In this document: piece by piece, positions 30,585-42,798 of the stretch
Numbering within the stretch: position 1 is the stretch's first letter
Layout: each line of letters opens with the position of its first letter
Origin: the human T2T-CHM13v2.0 reference genome, Homo sapiens
NCBI RefSeq assembly: GCF_009914755.1
Contig: NC_060928.1
DNA: 64,000 nucleotides
Strand: one strand, 5' to 3'
The notes under the pieces: model-generated
What the model was told of the DNA's origin: nothing
The model's input: only the letters and a program-made list of their open reading frames with translations
Database searches by the model: none
Position numbers and translations under genes: made by a program

Positions 30585-30708
30585 CAGATTTTCTCAGCCC
30601 AGGCAATATTGATGTTTTGTATCGAATTTTTCTTATTATTCTTTGTTGTGAGGGACTGTTCTGTGCTTTGTAGAATATTTAGTATCACCTCTGGCCTCTA
30701 CTCACCCA
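30585..30708. mobile_element. MER20 fragment
   Basis: tttctcagcccaggcaatattgatg..attctttgttgtgagggactgttctgtgc..ggcctctac. Confidence 0.6.
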
Positions 30709-30757
30709 AAATTCCCAGAAGTTGAATTGCTATGTCAAAGGATATATGTACATGCAG

Positions 30758-30758
<1 letters not shown>

Positions 30759-30797
<39 letters not shown>
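30759..30797. repeat. (CA)n microsatellite
   Basis: About 19 CA units. Confidence 0.95.
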
Positions 30798-30802
<5 letters not shown>

Positions 30803-31169
30803 TAGTTGTTTATTCTGTCTTGTTCTTTAAGGTTTTTGGATATAGAGTGCTAAGTTGCCTCCAAAAAGGTTGAATTTTTTCCCTATTAAAATATATTGTT
30901 TATATTTGAATTTATTTTTATCATTGGTGAACATTTTTAAAAATGAACATTTAAAAATGAATTTGGGCTATTGCATTTCTTTGTGACTTAGCTCAATTTT
31001 CTCCTGGGGCATGAGCAATGGTGTGCTCACAGGGCCTGCTTTCACTGTGGGCAGAATAGGCAGTATTACACATTCTGGTTAGAAGAGGTGGGGAAGCCCT
31101 GCTTTCCCCCATCACCCTCCAAGGTAGGTGTGCAGGGTATAAAATTCTTACATTAGAAATGCATTATTT

Positions 31170-31731
31170 GCCCACTTTTTAATGGGATTATTAGTTCTTT
31201 TGCTGTTGAGTTACTTGTATATTTTGGATATTTGTCCCTTGTTGGATGAATAGTTTACAAATACATAATGAAATCTAAGTTGGCTATAGAATGAAATCTT
31301 GTCATTTGCAACAACATAGATGAAACTGGAGGATATTATATTACGTGAAATAAGCCAAGCACAGGAAGACAAATATTGCATGTTCTCATTCATATCTGGG
31401 AGCTAAAAAAGTTGACCTCGTGGAGGTAGAGGGCAAAATGATAGTTACCAGAGGCAGGGAAGGGTGTGTAGGGGGTGGGGGAGGAATAAAGAGAGAGGTT
31501 GGTTGGTTAATACAGACAGTTAGATAGAAGGAATTAATTGTAATATTTGACGCCAGAGTAACAAAGTACTATATATTTCAAAATACCTAGAAGAGAGGAC
31601 TTGAAATGTTCCCAACACATAGAATGATGGATACTCTAAATACCCTGACTTGATCATTACACATTCTGTGCATGTAACAAATACCACATGTACCCCATAA
31701 AAATGTACAAATATGACATATCAATAAAAAA
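31170..31731 (+). mobile_element. 5'-truncated L1MA with an inverted 5' segment
   Basis: Antisense L1 piece about 31170-31262 joined to a sense 3' end about 31265-31731; TSD aaatgcattattt (31157-31169 / 31730-31742). Confidence 0.75.
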
Positions 31732-31909
31732 ATGCATTATTTTAGTTTGTCCTCCCTCTAAACTGATTTTAAAATATCAAACAAGTTCACTGTAAGGTAC
31801 TGGTGACACATCAACTTTCTTTTTGACAAATGTTCACAGATAACAATATTTACAGTTCCGTGGTTGGGTGGATGGGTGGAATCAGAAAGCAGTTAAAGAA
31901 TAATACTGA

Positions 31910-32210
31910 GGCCAGGTGCAGTGGCTCACACCTGTAATCCCAGCACTTTGGGAGGCTGAGGCGGGCGGGTCACAAGGTCAGGAGTTTGAGACCAGCCTGA
32001 CCAACATGGTGAAACCCCGTCTCTACTAAAAATACAAAAATTAGCCAGGTGTGGTGGCACATGCCTGTAATCCCAGCTACTCAGGAGGCTGAAGCAGGAG
32101 AATCACTTGAACCCAGAAGGCGGAGGTTGCAGTGAGCCGAGATTGTGCCAACCGCACTCCAGTGTGGGCAACAGAGTGAGACTTTGTCTCACAAAAAAAA
32201 AAAAAAAAAA
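31910..32210 (+). mobile_element. AluS SINE
   Basis: Full dimer; TSD aaagaataatac. Confidence 0.92.
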
Positions 32211-33179
32211 GAATAATACCAAAAAGAGGAAGAAGACAAGAAACGAGATAAAGGGACACCCCAAACTTTGCCCTCATGGTGGCTTTGCTAGATCTGTCCT
32301 GGTCTAATCTACCTCATTCTCTCCCAAGAAGATAACTGTCAATGCTTTTAAAAAAATCTCTTGGACATTTACAGCCTATATTTTGGTGGTACATGCTAGT
32401 GCTTGACCATTCTTGATATTCATTTATTCATTCACTCAATAAATACATATTTTGAGCCTCTACCGTGTAGGACACTAGGCACCCTATAGGTCACTGGGAG
32501 AAAACTATAAATTCCCTGCCCTTGTGAGCTTACAATCCAGTGAGGGAAACACACCTTTAATCAAAGAAGATAATATGGAGAGTGACATGGGCAATTAATG
32601 GGGTGCAGGGATGGAGAACAGCAGGGGGCAGGCCTGCGGAAGTGAGGGCAAGGGCCAACTTTGGTTGGGGAGGATCTCTCTGAGGAGAAATTTGGCTTAC
32701 ATTCTCTCTAGTAACAGTGTGCACCTGGTGGGAATTGGGAGTCTTTCACTCATGATTACAATTATTTGAATTGTATCTAATTGTGTGAGGAGCTGGAGTG
32801 CATGGCGTGGTCTGGCAGGTCTGACTGGAGGAAGCAGAGATTGCCAATGGCACCCATGGGCTCTTCCCTTTTCTGTGTGCCGGGCCCGCTGCCCCTGCCC
32901 TGGACTCTCCCTGACTCCACCCTTCAAAACTTGCCTGTTCTCCTCTTCCTTCCTCCCTCATATTTCCCTCCATTCTTCCTCACTTCCTCTTTAAGCCTGC
33001 AAGGTTTGAGTTCACCTTACTCCTTAGTCTCTTTGCTACTTACAGTGAGGCCAACAGACCAGTATCAACTGGCAGCTTGTTAGGAAAGCAGAATCCAGAC
33101 CCCACCCTGGACCTCTTTGTTTATTTATTCATTCTCCTTTTATCCCAACTCCTATTCCTATACTTTTGCCCACCAAACC

Positions 33180-34200
33180 ACTTCCTTTAATGTGTTAAGA
33201 ATTGTTCCTAAATATGCATGTATCTTTGAAGCCTCAGTAGTGCTATTTTGAGTGTTTATGTATTTTCAACTTGCATAAATATTATTGTACTGTAAGTCAT
33301 TGTTTCTTGCCTTTCTAGTCACCATTATGTATTTAAGATTTAATTACATTATGTCTAGATCTTGTTCATTGTTCTAACTACCGCATAGTATTTCATAGGC
33401 ATCTATCGCATTTTATTTAGTTATTACCCTATGATGAACAGCCAGGGGCTTTGAACTTGCCGTTGGCCCAAGTAACACTGTATGTCCCTTATAGTCTTGT
33501 GCACATTTTTCCCTGGGCCTACATGTTGAGGAGTGGGATTGCACAGCCATTGGCTATGTGCATACTTAGCTTCACAACACTCTTCCAGAGTGTTTGTACC
33601 TGTTGGCTCTCCCAACAGCAGCACCACACAACTTCTTTCTAATATTTGTCTCTCTGATGGATGTAAAATGGCATATCATTGTTTTAATTTGCATTTTTCT
33701 GACTATCAATGAGTTTAAGCATTTTTTGTGTCTAATTTTATTCAGCCAAAAATTATTGTGCCTATTATGTTCCAGTCATTGTTCTGGGCACTGAGGAAAG
33801 AGCGTCCCTCGTCCATTTTTATATTGGATCTTGCGTCTTTTTCTTGCCAATTTGTACGAGTTCATTGTAGAGCTAGGTATTAATCTCTTATCAGTTTTAG
33901 ACAACACAAATATCTTCCCCCAGTTTGGCTCTATCTGGTAACTGTTTATGGCACCCTTCATTGACCAGATAGCATCATTTTAATGAAGTCAAAATGTTTT
34001 TGGCCTCCTATGTTAGGCAATGTCACATTGCCAGTTTCCTGGATTTTGTTCTATTCATAGTTTTACCATTTACATTTAGGACTTTATTTCATCTGGAGTT
34101 CAGCATTTATGTGGTACAAAGTAGTAATCCAGCTTTATTTTTCTGTAGATAGTGAGCTAGTTGTCTAACACAGATCTCCCTTTTCTAAAGTTTTAATGAC
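33180..34200 (-). mobile_element. Old L1M 3' fragment
   Basis: gtggcatatcattgttttaatttgcatttttctgact and similar antisense L1 3' motifs. Confidence 0.6.
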
Positions 34201-35439
34201 TTAGCATGACTGATGTCAGCCTTGAGTCTATTCTGGAACTAAGATGAGTCAGAGGTTTGCAAACAGTTTCAGTTAGAAAATGTCTCTGTGAAACCTGAAA
34301 CTGGGCAGCTCCAATGTGACTGCTTTGCAGAGAGGTTGTACTTGTGGTTAATGTTATGTGGCTCCCCAGGAGCCAGAGGTCTGACAGCAATGGACAGGTG
34401 CTGAGGGTGATAAGTGCATTCCCCTAATGGAGAGAGGGGTTGCAGAGTTATTACAGATCAAGAACAAGTCTGAGAGTCACCACAAACACTGAAACACTCC
34501 CATAAGGGTTCTCTAGTATAACACATCCAAATTTGCACACTCACTTCTAAAATCTATGCTTTGAAATTTGAACATAGTTTAAGAATCATCAGACTTCAGT
34601 GTAGCTAGGGTTTCAGAGCAGGTCCTGGGGATCAGAACACCGGGTTCAAATCCTAGCTCAGTCACTCATTAACTGTATGACCTTGACCAGATTACTTCCC
34701 TCCAAGCATTCCATTTATAAGGATGAGATAATCTTTATAAAGCACTTAGCCTGGTGCCTGCATATTTTAGTTATTCAATAAACAAAAACAATAAAAAGAA
34801 GGCCTATTAGATGATAGCCTTGACATTCCAGGGAATAGAAAGATGTCCAAGCTGTGACCAGCAAGGGATTTATGATCTAAACTAGGGATGAGACAAACCT
34901 CAAAGATACTGATACCATAAGAGAAAACCTGGTGTGATCGAAAGGATCCCATTAGGAATAACAAATCCCAAGGGTTCTACGCTCTCTGTGCCAGCAACAA
35001 AAGGACAAGACCAAATCTCTTTCTTATTATACCCCACTGTGGAGAGGCAACAGGACTATGCAGAGACACCTCTTCTACTGGCCATGTCTTCTCCCAGTGG
35101 TCATTATCTACTTTCTCTGCTTTTCTTAAAACTCCAGCCAGATTTTCTTTCTCCCACTCAGCTGATAACCTCATTGACTACTTCCTTTGTGGCACAAAAT
35201 GTCTCTTATTTTCATTCTTTTCTTTTTTTCATGCCCTTCTAATCTCTTTCCTTCATTGAAGGCCAATTCTTCCACTGGCATTCCTGACCCATCTCCCTCT
35301 TGTGCCTTATGAAAGTCCAATGAAAAAATATTTCCTCTGCTTCTCATGTCTTCAAGCTCAGTCTCCACTGGCTCTTTCCTGCTCCCAATCGTGCTTAAAT
35401 CTCTCTTGGTTTATAGGAACTGCCCTGAGTCCTGGTCTA

Positions 35440-35572
35440 TTTCTTTTCTTTTTCTTTTTGGGGGGGGGGGTTGGTGGAAGGTGGGGGGGGGGGGTCTCCC
35501 TGTGTTGCCCAGGTTGGTCTCGAACTCCTGTCCTCAAGAGATCCTCCCACCTCGGCCTCCCAAAGTGCTGGG
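35440..35572 (-). mobile_element. Alu left-monomer fragment with G-runs in its tail
   Basis: gtctccctgtgttgcccaggttggtctcgaactcctg..ctcggcctcccaaagtgctggg. Confidence 0.75.
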
Positions 35573-36912
35573 TATCCTGTTCTATTCTTAAGCAACCCTT
35601 CAATTTCTCTCCAACCTATTGCCTCCACGTTTCTCAAGAGAGAGATAACTCAATGCTGGACTTCTTATCCTTTCACAACATTTATATCTTAGCATTCTGA
35701 AATCCAACTTCCACCCCCACAAACACTCCAGAGCTACTGATGGCCTCTTATGTGCCAATTGCAACCATTTTCCCTTCAGTTCTCTATCAACTTCAGTTCT
35801 GCAAAGCAATGCCTCCATTCCCTCTCCTGGCCACCTTCTTGAACTGCTTTTCTTATCTGATTTTGGTTCTCCTTCTTCTCTGGCTCTTCCTTCCCACAGT
35901 CTTTAGTCTCTCTGACTTTGCAAACAGAGTTGCTTTTCATTGTTCTGTCCTCATCCCTCTAAGCCAGGATTGAGCAATCTTTTCTTGCATAAGTTTAAAG
36001 GAAAAAATATATAATAAAATAAACTTTAAAATATCCATCTATATCTATTCATACTTTATTAAATAGAATAATATCAATTAGAAAACGGGTTCTACATTAT
36101 GGCCCATAAAATATAATCTCAAGACAGAATTGCAATATAAATAGCAACATGGAGGCAACTTCCCAATCTTTCTTCTTGCAATTGTGTCAAGGGCTCATCC
36201 ATCCTTCATTTCTCTTTATAACATTAATCTTTACTATGGATTTAATTACCACATCTCTATGCAGAATTTCCAACATCTCCAGCCTTGATCCTCTTAAACT
36301 AAAGAAACCGAGTTCCAACTTCCTGCTCGTGCCTCCAATTTAACACGTCCCAGCAGAACTCATCATCTTCCTCCTTTGTCCGCACAACCGTTCTTGCCTT
36401 TTTTGCTCCCTGACAACACTATCTTCCTAGGCACTCACAGTTTTCTATATGGAGGCAAACATGATTGTTTTGCAAGTGTATAGCGATAAGCATGGGTATC
36501 ATCAGTGCGGCAAGAATGTTTTTAGGATATGTGGCTATGAACCTTTAATATAAACATATGACTATGATTGGAGCATTTTTTAAAAGAGCAGCAACACAGA
36601 AATTAATGAGCCAGCACTTAAGTTTGGAAAAGCCAAAAGGAAGGCCAAATAATGTTCTTTAAAAATGTTGCATTAGCTTCTTGGGATTCCCAAAGAAAAA
36701 AGTAAATTAAAAAAAATGTTGCATGATCAATATGATACAATGTAAAAATAATTCTGATGGGTTGAGAAAATAATTTTTGGTATTATTTTAAATAAATGAA
36801 TGGACATTTATGACAGCAATAAATATTAAGAGCCTTTTAGGTATTATAAGTGAATAGTGGGGCTTACATCTGAAGGATTTTACAGATTCTCTGGGATTTT
36901 TATCCCTTAGAC

Positions 36913-37085
36913 AGGAGTCCCCAGACCTTGGTCTGAGGCCTGTTAGGAAGCAGGCTGCACAGTAAGGAGGTGAGTGGTTGGCAAGTGAACATTACAGCCT
37001 GAGCTGCACCTCCTATCAGATCAGTAGCGGCATTAGACTCTCATAGGAGCACAAACCCTATGTGAACCGCACATGCAAGGGATCT
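36913..37085. mobile_element. MER1-like hAT element fragment
   Basis: ggcctgttaggaa..gctgcacag..gagctgcacctcctatcagatcagtagcggcattaga..aaaccctatgtgaac. Confidence 0.7.
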
Positions 37086-37099
37086 TATATTTTTATCAG

Positions 37100-37294
37100 A
37101 TTTTTTGAGACAGTCTCCCTCTGTCACCCAGGCTGGAGTGCAGTGGCATGATCATGGCTCACTGCAGCCTTCACCTCCCAGGCTTAAGTGATCCTCAGCC
37201 TCCTGAGTAGCTGGGACTATAGGTGCCACTGCCTTGCCCAGCTCATTTTTGTATTTTTCCATAGAGACAGGGTTTTGCTATGCTGCCCAGGCTG
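37100..37294 (-). mobile_element. AluJ partial
   Basis: Antisense right arm and linker. Confidence 0.8.
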
Positions 37295-37477
37295 AAAGAA
37301 TCTTATTTTATACAGTGACATTCATTCTCTTAAAAATATAGCTTTACGGTTACTTTTTATTATACATAAAATGAATTTCAAGGAACGGTAATATCCACAT
37401 GGGCTAAAAATGCATATGGAATCTACGTAAGAAAAATGCCAATAATGCTCTAGGGTGAAATTACCTGGGGCTTTTAA

Positions 37478-38190
37478 TTCATTCATTCAACCTGTACTTC
37501 TAAGCGCTCACTCCGGAGAGGTTACAGGTGCTAAGAATTCAGCAGAGAACAAAGGACAACCATCCCCGCTGTCATTTACACTCTGAAGGGAGGAAAGAGA
37601 AATTAAACCACAGACACACAGATTATAGAGTGTATTAGAAATGACGCCCTAAGTGCTAATGAGAACAATGGAGCAGGGGAAGGATATAGGGAGTAGGATT
37701 GTAATTAAAACTGGGATTGTCAAGGAAGGGCTGGGCAGGGGAGGGGGTAGTGGGGATGCAGATGACACTTGTGCCAAGACCTAAAGGGGATGAGAGAGAG
37801 AGGATGTCTGCAGGAAGGATGACTCTAGGCAAGGAAGCCAGTGTGGTTGAAGGTGGCAAGATGGAGATGAGTGCACAGTGGTCATGGGGAACAGATCCTG
37901 TAGGGTCTTAAAGGTTCTTCCGTGTGATCTGGAGCAACTGGAGGGTCTTGAGCAGAGAACTGGGGTGTTTTAACAGGATCACGCTGACTGGTGGTTTGAA
38001 AGTGGCCTGTGGGAGCTTGCTGTGTTTTGTTTTGCAGCAATGGGAAGGATGTGGTTGCCACTTCCTGAGATGGGGAAGGTGGGGAGAGTAGTAGGTTTGG
38101 GGAGTTAGGTGGGGAGTTCAGGTCTGGATGAGTTGGGTTTGAGATGTCTATTAGACATCCACGAGGAGATGCCCAGTAGGCAGTCTTCGC
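37478..38190. mobile_element. L2 fragment
   Basis: attcattcattcaac start; gagttgggtttgagatgtctattagacatcc motif. Confidence 0.65.
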
Positions 38191-39461
38191 CCTCACCTCT
38201 CCTCTACCTCCTCTCTTATGATTACAGAAGTTGTGGCCTGCATCAAGGCGTGCATCAGCCTTCCAGTAACCCCACTGGCAGAACCTTGCACCCCGTTAAG
38301 GGCTACTGTCCATTCGGAGCAAGGGGCACATTAGATAATTTGCCCTACCAGAGAGAGCAATTATAGCAATTACTCCAAGGCAGGTGTTTGGTATCTGTGG
38401 CCTTTAGCAGTTGAATGTCGGAGTCCAAGGGAAAGGTGTGAGCTGCAGACATAGACGTGGGGATCATCAGCTTGAAGCTGTTGTGCAAAGTCATCAGATC
38501 AGCAGAGGAAAGGATTTACAAAGAAATATATATAACACCGCACAGGGTTGTTGTCTTGTGAGGATTAAATTAAATACACACTTAAAACATCCGGAATACA
38601 GACAGTGCTTAATAAAGAGCTGCTGTTTTTATTAACAAACTTATCTGTAGGAGCTCGTCCATGGACAACATCCAGTTCATACAGATGCGTGCGCATTTCG
38701 CAGCAGCCATACACGCCCAAAGAGGACGAGACTGGATGTGATTGAGCTGACTGGCATCTTTAGATGGATGGTCCTCAGTCCAGTCCTTCCATTTTACAGG
38801 CGAGGAGGCGGAAGCTTGGGGAGGCTAAGCGCGCTGAGCTGGCGGCGGAGCGGAGCTTCCACTAGGGCTCCCAGTTTCCCCGCACCGCGCCCGCCGTCCT
38901 CCGGGCCACCCATCCCACCCGAACGCGCCACCGCTCTAGCCCGCGCTCCAGCCCGCGCGTCACCGACGCCCGCGGCCTCTCCCACCTCTAAGTTCCAGGA
39001 AGCTCTCGGCCTCTAGCTGACCGCGTTGCTGCTGAGCTTCCCTGGGGAGGAGGCGCCGAGGTGCCCGGTGCGGGCCGAGGCAGGGCTGGGCCTCGCGGGC
39101 AGCAGGCGGAAGAAGGAAGGGCGGTGGGGCAGGTCCCGGCTGCGCGGGGCAGTTGTGCGCACTTGGGTTCTTCACGCGGGACACACGTGGAACGCCGACC
39201 CCTGCGCCCCTGGCCGCTGGCAACTGGCAAGGCCGGGAACAGAAAGTGTAGGGACAGAAGAGCGCTGGAGTCTTCCCCGGGAGGGAGCCCGGGGCTGCAG
39301 CCCAGGGGCGGGGAGCGGGGCGGGGCTGGGAAAGTTGAGTACTGGTCGCTCAGGGCCGGGCTCCGCCGGAGTGCCCGGCGCAGAAACCGTAAAAGGCTGG
39401 AGCGGGCGGGGTAGGTGTGGCTCTGTGTGCGTGACCTGAGCCCCGGTCCCAGTCCCTGTAG

Positions 39462-39668
39462 TCTCCTGCGGCCGCGGCCTCTCAGCCATCGGCGCCGTCT
39501 GGTCCGCCCTGCTGGTTGGAGGGGGTCTGGCCGGAGCACTTTTCGTTTGGCTGCTGCGGGGCGGCCCTGGCGACACCGGGAAGGACGGGGATGCGGAGCA
39601 GGAGAAAGACGCCCCTCTTGGGGGAGCTGCGATTCCGGGAGGCCATCAGAGTGGCAGCAGCGGACTGA
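39462..39668 (+). CDS. FAM47E-STBD1: Alternative (+1) frame of STBD1 exon 1, the putative C-terminus of the FAM47E-STBD1 read-through product
   Basis: Acceptor ccctgtAG at 39460-39461; phase-0 entry reads SPAAASQPSAPSGPPCWLEGVWPEHFSF...REAIRVAAAD* with no internal stop; all FAM47E donors seen are phase 0. Confidence 0.6.
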   Translation, partial: SPAAAASQPSAPSGPPCWLEGVWPEHFSFGCCGAALATPGRTGMRSRRKTPLLGELRFREAIRVAAAD

Positions 39669-39707
39669 GCCCTGGACCTTCCGGGCAGGAGCTGGTCACC
39701 AAACCAG
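39488..39707 (+). CDS. STBD1: STBD1 exon 1 coding part (N-terminal hydrophobic anchor); initiation codon reads ATC rather than ATG
   Basis: Translates (I)GAVWSALLVGGGLAGALFVWLLRGGPGDTGKDG...ELVTKP, matching recalled STBD1 aa 2-73; Kozak context GCC-ATC-G; donor CAG|GTATTC at 39708; 220 nt + 857 nt = 1077 nt = 358 aa plus stop. Confidence 0.9.
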
Positions 39708-40751
39708 GTATTCTTCCCCCCGTGACTCCAGGGCACATCTGCCAGAGCTTTGAGGTTCATCGAGGAAGGGAGCAAAGAGACAAACCCACCTGGAGCTTTC
39801 CTAGGGGCCCATTCCTGCGGACGGGCTCTCCTAAGGGGACTGGGCCATCCCCACGCCCCTCGGTTTCCCAGGCTGGTTGGTACGCGCAGGCAGGTTTCTT
39901 GTCTGGTCCTCCAAGGGCCGCGCCCTTGCCGAGTCCCTCAGCGCCCGCGCCTGAGGACTTGGTCCTGCCCCTCCGGCGGGGATGAGCTCCTCCACTTGGC
40001 GGCGCTTGGTGCAGTGCGGGCGGCTGCAGTGGCGGCGCCCCTTCCCGGCCTTTGGAAAGGGGGGCTTAGGTTTAGGGGATCCTACAAGCCTCTTCGATCT
40101 CTGCCCAAGCAGGGACATTTTCTAAGTCCCAATCCGGGTAGTCTGACATCCTCCCATCGCACAGCCCATGAAGAGCTGGGTTTGGGAACACCCGAACTGC
40201 GGGCGCCTCCTGCTATCTGGATGCTTCTTTAGGAAGGCAAAGTTCAGGTTGGACTCTGGCCATGAAGGCTGTGGCTGAGGCCCTGGGGATGTGCCTTGGT
40301 CACCCCTTTCAGCACTGTCGGCAGTCCCCTCCACGCTGCCCCAGAATAGGGCCGGATAGTCATCCCTAGGAAGGGACTACTTAAATAGGGGACCCAACCC
40401 TGATGAGTAGAATTGACATCTGGGTTTAAATTTCTGTATTTTAGGGACCGTTTGCTAAGCAGAGAGCGAACACTGGCAGAAAAGCTTACCGTCCAGTGCC
40501 CTCCCTTGGCAAGCTGCCCATGCCTGGACAGAAGCCTAATGGTGAAAATGACATCTGTGAACTTTATTTTTAGCCCAGTGGTGTTCATGTGCAGCCATAT
40601 GAAAATCTGCCCGTGTGCCTTTACTGTGATTGGTCTGGGATGCCTAGACAGTTCACTTATCTTTTTTCTGAAGACCAATCTCATGCTTTAGGTTGAAAAG
40701 TTGGGAATCCAGAATAATATTTGTTCATTCTCACTTCCAACTCCCACCATC

Positions 40752-41008
<257 letters not shown>

Positions 41009-41862
41009 AGGGATAAAATGAAACAAGACTGTTGTCCCCATACCACCACCACCCCCACACCACATAAAACCACAGCTGTGCTGATTGTATGTATGATTTG
41101 GAGATTTCAATCTTGTAGGGAGCTATTTGGACTACCAATGGCATGGCCAAGAAGGAAACTGCATTTTTAGAGGACTTGGATTTTGTATTTTTAAGAACGT
41201 TTTTTAAAAAATGCTTACAATGGAAGGGGATACAAAACACCGTTTTGTTGGGGAGGTTCCTAACGCATATGGGATTGGCAAGGAGAAACCAGCCCCTTCC
41301 CCCAGTTCTCCCTCCACTCCTGCCCAGGGAAGCACTACTGTTCTCCGTATCTCCCCAAGGTGACAGCTCCTGCTGATCTGCCCGCAGGTCTGCGAGAGCC
41401 AATCCCTGCCCTGCATGCCTCCCCTGGGAGAACAAGTGTACTCTTCTGGTTTGTAACGTAGCCACGCAGCCCTTTGCCCCACAGCCTGGACAACATTCTT
41501 TGATGATAGGAGCCAAGCAACTTAACTTGGCTGCATGCCAGTATGGCCTGGACTGTGGAGACTGGGGACCATGGGGGGGTTACACGTCTGCCTCTACAGC
41601 TTACCACTTCATTTACACTTGTGCTGGCACACTGATACTCCTGGATGTCCCTTTTGTTGTCAGATATACATGTGTATTCTTAGAGCACAGTGTTGGGAGC
41701 ATACTGGTTAATTAAGTAGTACTTGATTTTAATAGAGGGGGACTTTGTGAATTGCAGATTGATTAGTAGTAAAGCTTTCAGTAACTAAATCTATTTTCTC
41801 AGCCTGACTTTTTTCTTAAATGAACTACCTGACTCTATTACATTTTTCCTTTGATTTCTTAG

Positions 41863-42719
41863 AGCATCTTCAAGAAAGCAATGGACATTTGATTTCTAAG
41901 ACCAAAGACCTTGGTAAACTGCAAGCAGCATCATGGAGATTGCAGAATCCTTCCAGGGAAGTCTGTGACAATTCAAGAGAACATGTTCCTTCTGGACAGT
42001 TTCCAGACACAGAAGCTCCAGCTACCTCTGAGACCAGTAACTCTAGGAGTTACTCTGAAGTTTCAAGAAATGAAAGCCTTGAATCTCCTATGGGAGAATG
42101 GGGATTCCAAAAAGGACAAGAGATATCTGCTAAAGCAGCTACATGTTTTGCAGAGAAGTTGCCTTCTAGCAACCTGCTCAAGAACAGAGCTAAAGAAGAA
42201 ATGAGCCTCTCTGATTTGAACAGTCAGGACCGGGTTGACCACGAGGAGTGGGAAATGGTGCCTAGGCACTCATCTTGGGGGGATGTTGGTGTGGGTGGCA
42301 GTCTTAAGGCTCCAGTGTTAAACCTAAACCAGGGAATGGACAATGGAAGAAGCACTTTGGTGGAAGCAAGAGGTCAGCAAGTGCATGGGAAAATGGAAAG
42401 GGTAGCAGTGATGCCTGCAGGGTCTCAGCAAGTTAGTGTCAGGTTCCAGGTCCATTATGTCACAAGCACTGATGTGCAATTCATTGCAGTAACTGGAGAC
42501 CATGAGTGTCTTGGGAGATGGAACACTTACATCCCACTCCACTATAACAAGGATGGGTTCTGGTCTCATTCCATTTTCCTGCCTGCAGATACAGTGGTGG
42601 AGTGGAAGTTTGTGTTGGTAGAGAATGGGGGAGTTACCCGCTGGGAAGAATGCAGCAATAGATTCCTAGAAACTGGCCATGAGGATAAAGTGGTTCACGC
42701 ATGGTGGGGGATTCACTGA
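41863..42719 (+). CDS. STBD1: STBD1 exon 2: starch-binding domain-containing protein 1 (glycophagy receptor), with LIR/AIM motif and C-terminal CBM20
   Basis: Acceptor ttcttAG at 41861-41862; HEEWEMV Atg8-interacting motif (W codon 42249); CBM20 (VRFQVHY..VTGDHECLGRW..VEWKFV..RWEECSNR); TGA at 42717-42719. Confidence 0.97.
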
Positions 42720-42787
42720 TTCAGTTTGCAAAGTAATGGAGAAGCTGTAGAACAATGTGGAAGAGGCTGAGGTTGTGGAACACACTG

Positions 42788-42798
42788 AATAAAATAAA
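42788..42798 (+). terminator. STBD1: STBD1 proximal poly(A) signals
   Basis: Overlapping AATAAA at 42788 and 42793. Confidence 0.5.

Larger units (their letters stand above)
38790..40030 (+). promoter_or_regulatory. STBD1: CpG island / STBD1 promoter with GC boxes
   Basis: Abrupt rise in GC and CpG density; GGGGCGGGG at 39305-39313 and 39317-39325 upstream of exon 1. Confidence 0.9.

Noticed and set aside
38738-40334. Numerous overlapping Arg/Pro/Gly-rich ORFs of 60-183 aa on both strands
   Set aside because: Expected from stop-codon scarcity in a GC-rich CpG island; no recognisable domains. The real frames are STBD1 exon 1 and the read-through frame.
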